In this document: positions 59,832-64,000 of the stretch, piece by piece
Numbering within the stretch: position 1 is the first letter of the stretch
How the letters are laid out: every line of letters starts with the position of its first letter
Notes under the pieces: generated by a model
The model's input: the letters and a program-made list of their open reading frames with translations, nothing else
Database searches by the model: none
Told to the model about the DNA's origin: nothing
Translations under genes and position numbers: made by a program
Origin: Fistulifera solaris
Taxonomy: Eukaryota
NCBI GenBank assembly: GCA_030295235.1
Contig: AP026145.1
Coordinates: 682,001 to 746,000, forward strand
DNA: 64,000 nucleotides
Reading direction: 5' to 3'

Positions 59832-60719
59832 ATGTTTTCCTTGCACGCCCGGAGGGTGATCGTTTCTTCCGTCCAAAGACGTTCCTTGGCGTCCGGTCGT
59901 CGTCGAAATTTGGCGAAGAATTCGAAACAACCCGTTCGTGAGACCATTTCTGTCGATCCTCCGACCAACAATACTGTTTCCTGGGACAAATTCCGGATGT
60001 GGATCACGCCGCTCCGGTTTCGGCGATCGTATTATACACGCGAACACGTGATGGAACTGCTGCGCCGATTTCCGCTCTGGATGGGCTTGTCGTTTTTCTG
60101 CCTCTGGGATCAAACGTCTCCGTATTCCTTACTGACCATTCACGGTCCCAGTATGATACCGACCATGGCCGCCGATGGGAGTGAAGTGTGGTTGGTCCGC
60201 ACCCGTGCGTGGCAGTTCTGGGGATCCGTTTGTCAGAACGGTGATTTGGTGGGATTTGCACCTCCTTCTTCCCAACATATTTCGTGCAAACGGGTGGTGG
60301 GAGTCGCCGGGGATCGTGTGCCACGCTACGGAACGTATGTGCACCTGTATCTCGAACAAGATCCGGAGCATTGGGGACAAAAAATGCCACCCGAGGGTGA
60401 CGGAATTCATGATTGGATCGATCGCAGCTTTGCTTGGGATCCCCAAGATTACTGCGACAGAGATAAAGGAACGGAATCGCAGCGCACGCTGGTGGTTCCT
60501 CCGGGACATGTGTGGTTGGAATCGGATTGTCCGGCTTTGGGCATCGATTCGCGTCAACATGGACCCATTCCCGAAACATGGATCCGCGGACGGGTCGTGC
60601 GACGCGTGTGGCCCTTGTTGGGGAAAGATCATCACCAACGACCCCATCCCATTCCACTGGATACTGAGAGTCTGCGTCAACACAATGTTCATACCGTTCC
60701 AGAGGACGGGACCCGTTGA
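59832..60719 (+). CDS. Peptidase S26, mitochondrial inner-membrane protease (IMP1/2-like)
   Basis: Arg-rich presequence; GPSMIPT (catalytic Ser), CKRVVG (Lys), VPPGHVWLESD and DSRQHGPI. Confidence 0.88.
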   Translation: MFSLHARRVIVSSVQRRSLASGRRRNLAKNSKQPVRETISVDPPTNNTVSWDKFRMWITPLRFRRSYYTREHVMELLRRFPLWMGLSFFCLWDQTSPYSLLTIHGPSMIPTMAADGSEVWLVRTRAWQFWGSVCQNGDLVGFAPPSSQHISCKRVVGVAGDRVPRYGTYVHLYLEQDPEHWGQKMPPEGDGIHDWIDRSFAWDPQDYCDRDKGTESQRTLVVPPGHVWLESDCPALGIDSRQHGPIPETWIRGRVVRRVWPLLGKDHHQRPHPIPLDTESLRQHNVHTVPEDGTR

Positions 60720-61177
60720 TGGGTTTTCGTCATCGTTCGTCCAGCACGAGCTCCAGTGTCATTGATACAAAAAGTTTGCCACGTCGAACATCATGACTTC
60801 TAGAGGGAGACACCGGATGGTAGCTTTCTCAGACACATAGAAAATGTGGAAAAATGATTTGGCGGTTCTCGTGGCTTCCGCATGGAACGAAATGGCAAGC
60901 CCATTATTTAGATGATGCATGGCATGGCAACAAATCCGCATAGTCCTTAGCCGCAGGAAATAGCATCATAGTTTTATCGGTACTTAGACTTTCCGCGCAG
61001 AGAATCGTACCGTGATCGATTTTTCCCTGTAGTGAAACAACGTGGGTAAATTATACGGAGTATAATTATGAAAAAGCAGAAGTCGTCGGCATGTTCGACG
61101 ACCGCCATCGCATTCAACTGGAAGTTTTTCTGTTGCCGCATGCCTCCACTCTTTCCCAGATCTCGTCACAATCAAAG

Positions 61178-62110
61178 ATGCCTTCATTAAAGTTAACAGT
61201 ATCTTACGACGGAACTCGTTTCAATGGCTTTCAGCGTCAAATAACAAACACGGATATGATACGACCGGCGAAACGACCTCATTTTACCAAAGAGGGCACC
61301 AAGAAATCCGTAACGGTAACGATTCAGGAATGCCTCGAAGAAGCCGTCATCACTTATAGCAATCATGTGAATCCTCAAAAATTGATAACAGTAAATGATT
61401 TGAAACTCAAATTTGCGGGTCGGACCGATAAAGGGGTCCACGCGCGGGGACAAGTCGTGACCGTTTGCCTGCCTCCATGGACCGAAGGCTTGGACGAAAT
61501 CCAACGCGGCATCAACAGTCGTTTGCCTATGGATATTTCGGTCGATCGGATCGAATTGTTAGAAACAGAATTGGATCCACGGCATGACGTCAAACAAAAA
61601 ACGTACAGTTACACGGTCAAATATCGTCGGCAAGTCTGGCGGGAAGATGGCACGATCCATCCGCGGTGTCATTTGGGAATCTTTAGTTTCCGACAAGCCT
61701 TGGATCCACCCAATCTGTGGTGGTGTCCTTGGGCCTTGAATGACACTCTGTTACCCGAATTGTGTCAACAATTGTCGGGCACGCACAATTATCGAGCCTT
61801 TGTGCACAAACAAGTGCGCGATGAGCAATCTCACGTCATGACCTTGGATCAAATGTCCGTGACATTCCAACAAGTCACACCGGACGAGGATGAAGCTCCC
61901 GTCATCGTGGCACGCTTCAAAGTCCAAGCCAAAGGCTTTCGTCGGACCATGGTCCGGAATTTGGTCGGTTATTGCATCGATGTGTGTCGTGGCCACGAAA
62001 GTGTCACTGCCTTCAAATGGGACGCAATTTGGTCAGGTTCGGATGAAGTAGCCGATCGTATCAACGCGGCACCGGCTTGTGGATTGTGTTTGGAGTCGGT
62101 CGTGTATTGA
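61178..62110 (+). CDS. tRNA pseudouridine synthase, TruA family
   Basis: VSYDGTRFNGFQ, AGRTDKGVHARGQV, GFRRTMVRNLVG and APACGLCLESVVY. Confidence 0.93.
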   Translation: MPSLKLTVSYDGTRFNGFQRQITNTDMIRPAKRPHFTKEGTKKSVTVTIQECLEEAVITYSNHVNPQKLITVNDLKLKFAGRTDKGVHARGQVVTVCLPPWTEGLDEIQRGINSRLPMDISVDRIELLETELDPRHDVKQKTYSYTVKYRRQVWREDGTIHPRCHLGIFSFRQALDPPNLWWCPWALNDTLLPELCQQLSGTHNYRAFVHKQVRDEQSHVMTLDQMSVTFQQVTPDEDEAPVIVARFKVQAKGFRRTMVRNLVGYCIDVCRGHESVTAFKWDAIWSGSDEVADRINAAPACGLCLESVVY

Positions 62111-62486
62111 AAAGATAGTATGATGGCACAAATATAGTAATCAGAGCTACCCTTTTGCTTTTAAATATGTACTGTACGACTCTATTAGTGATTCTTGATT
62201 AATGTGCGAGATTATCATATCTGCTTGGATTATTATCGACTTGCATTCGAGTCGCTAGCTAGACGCGCAAAACGTTAACGCTAGACCCGATCCAACAGGA
62301 TTCATTCATGGTTCATGAGTAAGCGTGACTAACTACCGACATACAGACGCCACCGTTTCAAATGCATCAACGCATAGACCTACAGCATTTTCATTTTTTG
62401 CATTGCATCGTCGACTCGCAATAAGTCATCATCTTTCGTTTGGCTTATCGATTTTTTCCAATCAACTTACTCTATTTCTTAGCAAG

Positions 62487-64000
62487 ATGAACGGCGACAA
62501 CAATAACGAAGGGACACCCGGAAAGGGCTGGACGAATGGTGCCTTACCCCCTTCGTTCGCACCGCATACCATCGATGGCAAATTACAACTCTATCAAAAA
62601 CATCGTCGCTGGATTGGTTTAACTAGTTCCTGGTCCAGGATCGGCAACGATGACACGGAATCATCGAAACGCACCAGTAGCAGTTCCTCCGGGGGAAGCG
62701 TTGGTGGAATCGGCAGAAGAACAAGGACAACGCGTCCGCGCCTTGATTGCGCAATTGTGTGAATCCTTTTATCGAGCGGGATGGGCGACCGGGACGGGCG
62801 GTGGGATTTCGATTCGTGTGAAACACAACGATACGTGGCGCGTCTTTGTGGCACCGTCGGGTTTGCAGAAAGAAGATTTGATTGGGGATGATATCTTTGA
62901 ATTGGATATGTAAGTTTTTCTTGTAATTTATTTGGGGTTCATACTCGCTCCTCCCCCCTGACGACTCTTTTGGTTCAAACAGGGACCGCAATGTCGTCCA
63001 ATATCCCTTCTCCAACCCGAACTTGCGACAATCGGCGTGTACACCGCTCTGGTACGTCATTTATCGGTTGCGACCGACGGCGACGGCCGTCTTGCACACG
63101 CACAGTCCCAATGCCGTCTACGCCACGTTGTTGGATCCCACCGAAACTTCCACTTGTCTAAAAATCACCCATCTCGAAATGTTAAAAGGCGTCGGGAATC
63201 ACGCGTACGATGATTGTCTCACCATACCCATCATTGACAATCGACCGACGGAAGATCAACTTGCCGATCAATTGGCGGCAGCCGTCCAGCAGTACCCGAA
63301 AGCCAATGCGGTCCTCGTGCGGCGGCATGGTTTGTATGTGTGGGGAGATTCGTGGGAACAATGCAAGACGCAGGCGGAATCGATGGATTATGTTTTGGCG
63401 GCGGCGGTCCAAATGAAACAAATGGGAATTGATCCGGCGGTGCCGCCTGCACAGGGACGTATCGCGACGAAAAATCGTCACGAGACGCCGAGCCCGTTCC
63501 CAAGAAACAAAAAACGGGATTTCATGGTGTTGCGGCCGCCGACAATGCGGACGATTTGTTGTCGAATGCAACACCGTTGTTGCCGCGCGATGGATTTCAG
63601 GCGTTATTGCTCGATATTGAAGGATGTACGAGCAGTATTGCCTTTGTGAAAGAGGTCTTGTTTCCGTACGTTCGACAGCATTTGTCGGAATTTCTAGAAC
63701 AACACCCGAATGCGGATTGGTTACCGGCTTTGCAGCAGGAAGTCCAGTCGCACGGAGGAAATGTCTTGACGACTATTCCAGATTGTGTCACGTATTTGAT
63801 GGATCGTGATATCAAATCGGCGGCCCTCAAAGAGTTGCAAGGACAAATGTGGCAAGCGGGTTACGAGGCCGGTGAATTACAAGGTCATGTCTATGCGGAT
63901 CTGAAACCCATGTTGGAATGGATGAAACAGAATCAAATTCCGGTCTATATTTATTCGTCGGGATCCGTGAAAGCGCAAAAGCTACTGTTTGGGCATTCTG
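62487..64000 (+). CDS. Bifunctional methylthioribulose-1-P dehydratase / enolase-phosphatase E1 (MtnB-MtnC fusion); intron 62910-62982; runs off the window end
   Basis: MtnB motifs GWATGTGGGIS, APSGLQKE, SACTPLW, HTHS and VRRHGLYVWG. After a 1-nt shift at 63454-63456 the HAD motif LLDIEGCTSSIAFVKEVLFPY and YIYSSGSVKAQKLLFG follow. Confidence 0.92.

Noticed and set aside
3866..63456. Programmed ribosomal frameshifting or mass pseudogenisation as the cause of split ORFs
   Set aside because: The shifts go in both directions, sit in short homopolymers without consistent slippery heptamers, and hit essential genes with otherwise intact motifs. Assembly error is simpler.

Overview
Gene-dense eukaryotic nuclear DNA, very probably from a pennate diatom. 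The evidence is short GT-AG introns of about 60-100 nt, bipartite signal/plastid presequences (e.g. transketolase AEA-FAG) and diatom-type hypothetical proteins. About 29 protein-coding loci are recognisable: the 3' end of a P1B heavy-metal ATPase, a DadA/DAO-like FAD oxidoreductase, an opine dehydrogenase, a DP transcription factor, a TLC-domain protein, BTAF1/Mot1, HMG-CoA reductase, an SLC25 carrier, a GlpA/LhgO-like flavoprotein with a BFD [2Fe-2S] domain, a large putative chromatin protein, VKOR/LTO1, an RCHY1-like E3 ligase, an ABC1 kinase, an FKBP, a GT23-like fucosyltransferase, a PPR-SMR protein, a VPS9 protein, transketolase, an IMP peptidase, a TruA-like synthase and a truncated MtnB-MtnC fusion. 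No rRNA, tRNA or CRISPR was recognised. The most interesting candidate system is the head-to-head pair of opine dehydrogenase and D-amino-acid-dehydrogenase-like flavoenzyme beside a heavy-metal ATPase; an opine synthesis/turnover or opine-metallophore role is inference only. Non-coding DNA holds a 312-bp hAT-like MITE with an exact 8-bp target-site duplication and several smaller inverted-repeat elements. At least ten genes are broken by single-base indels in short homopolymers, most likely long-read assembly errors. All family assignments come from reading motifs by eye; no database search was run.
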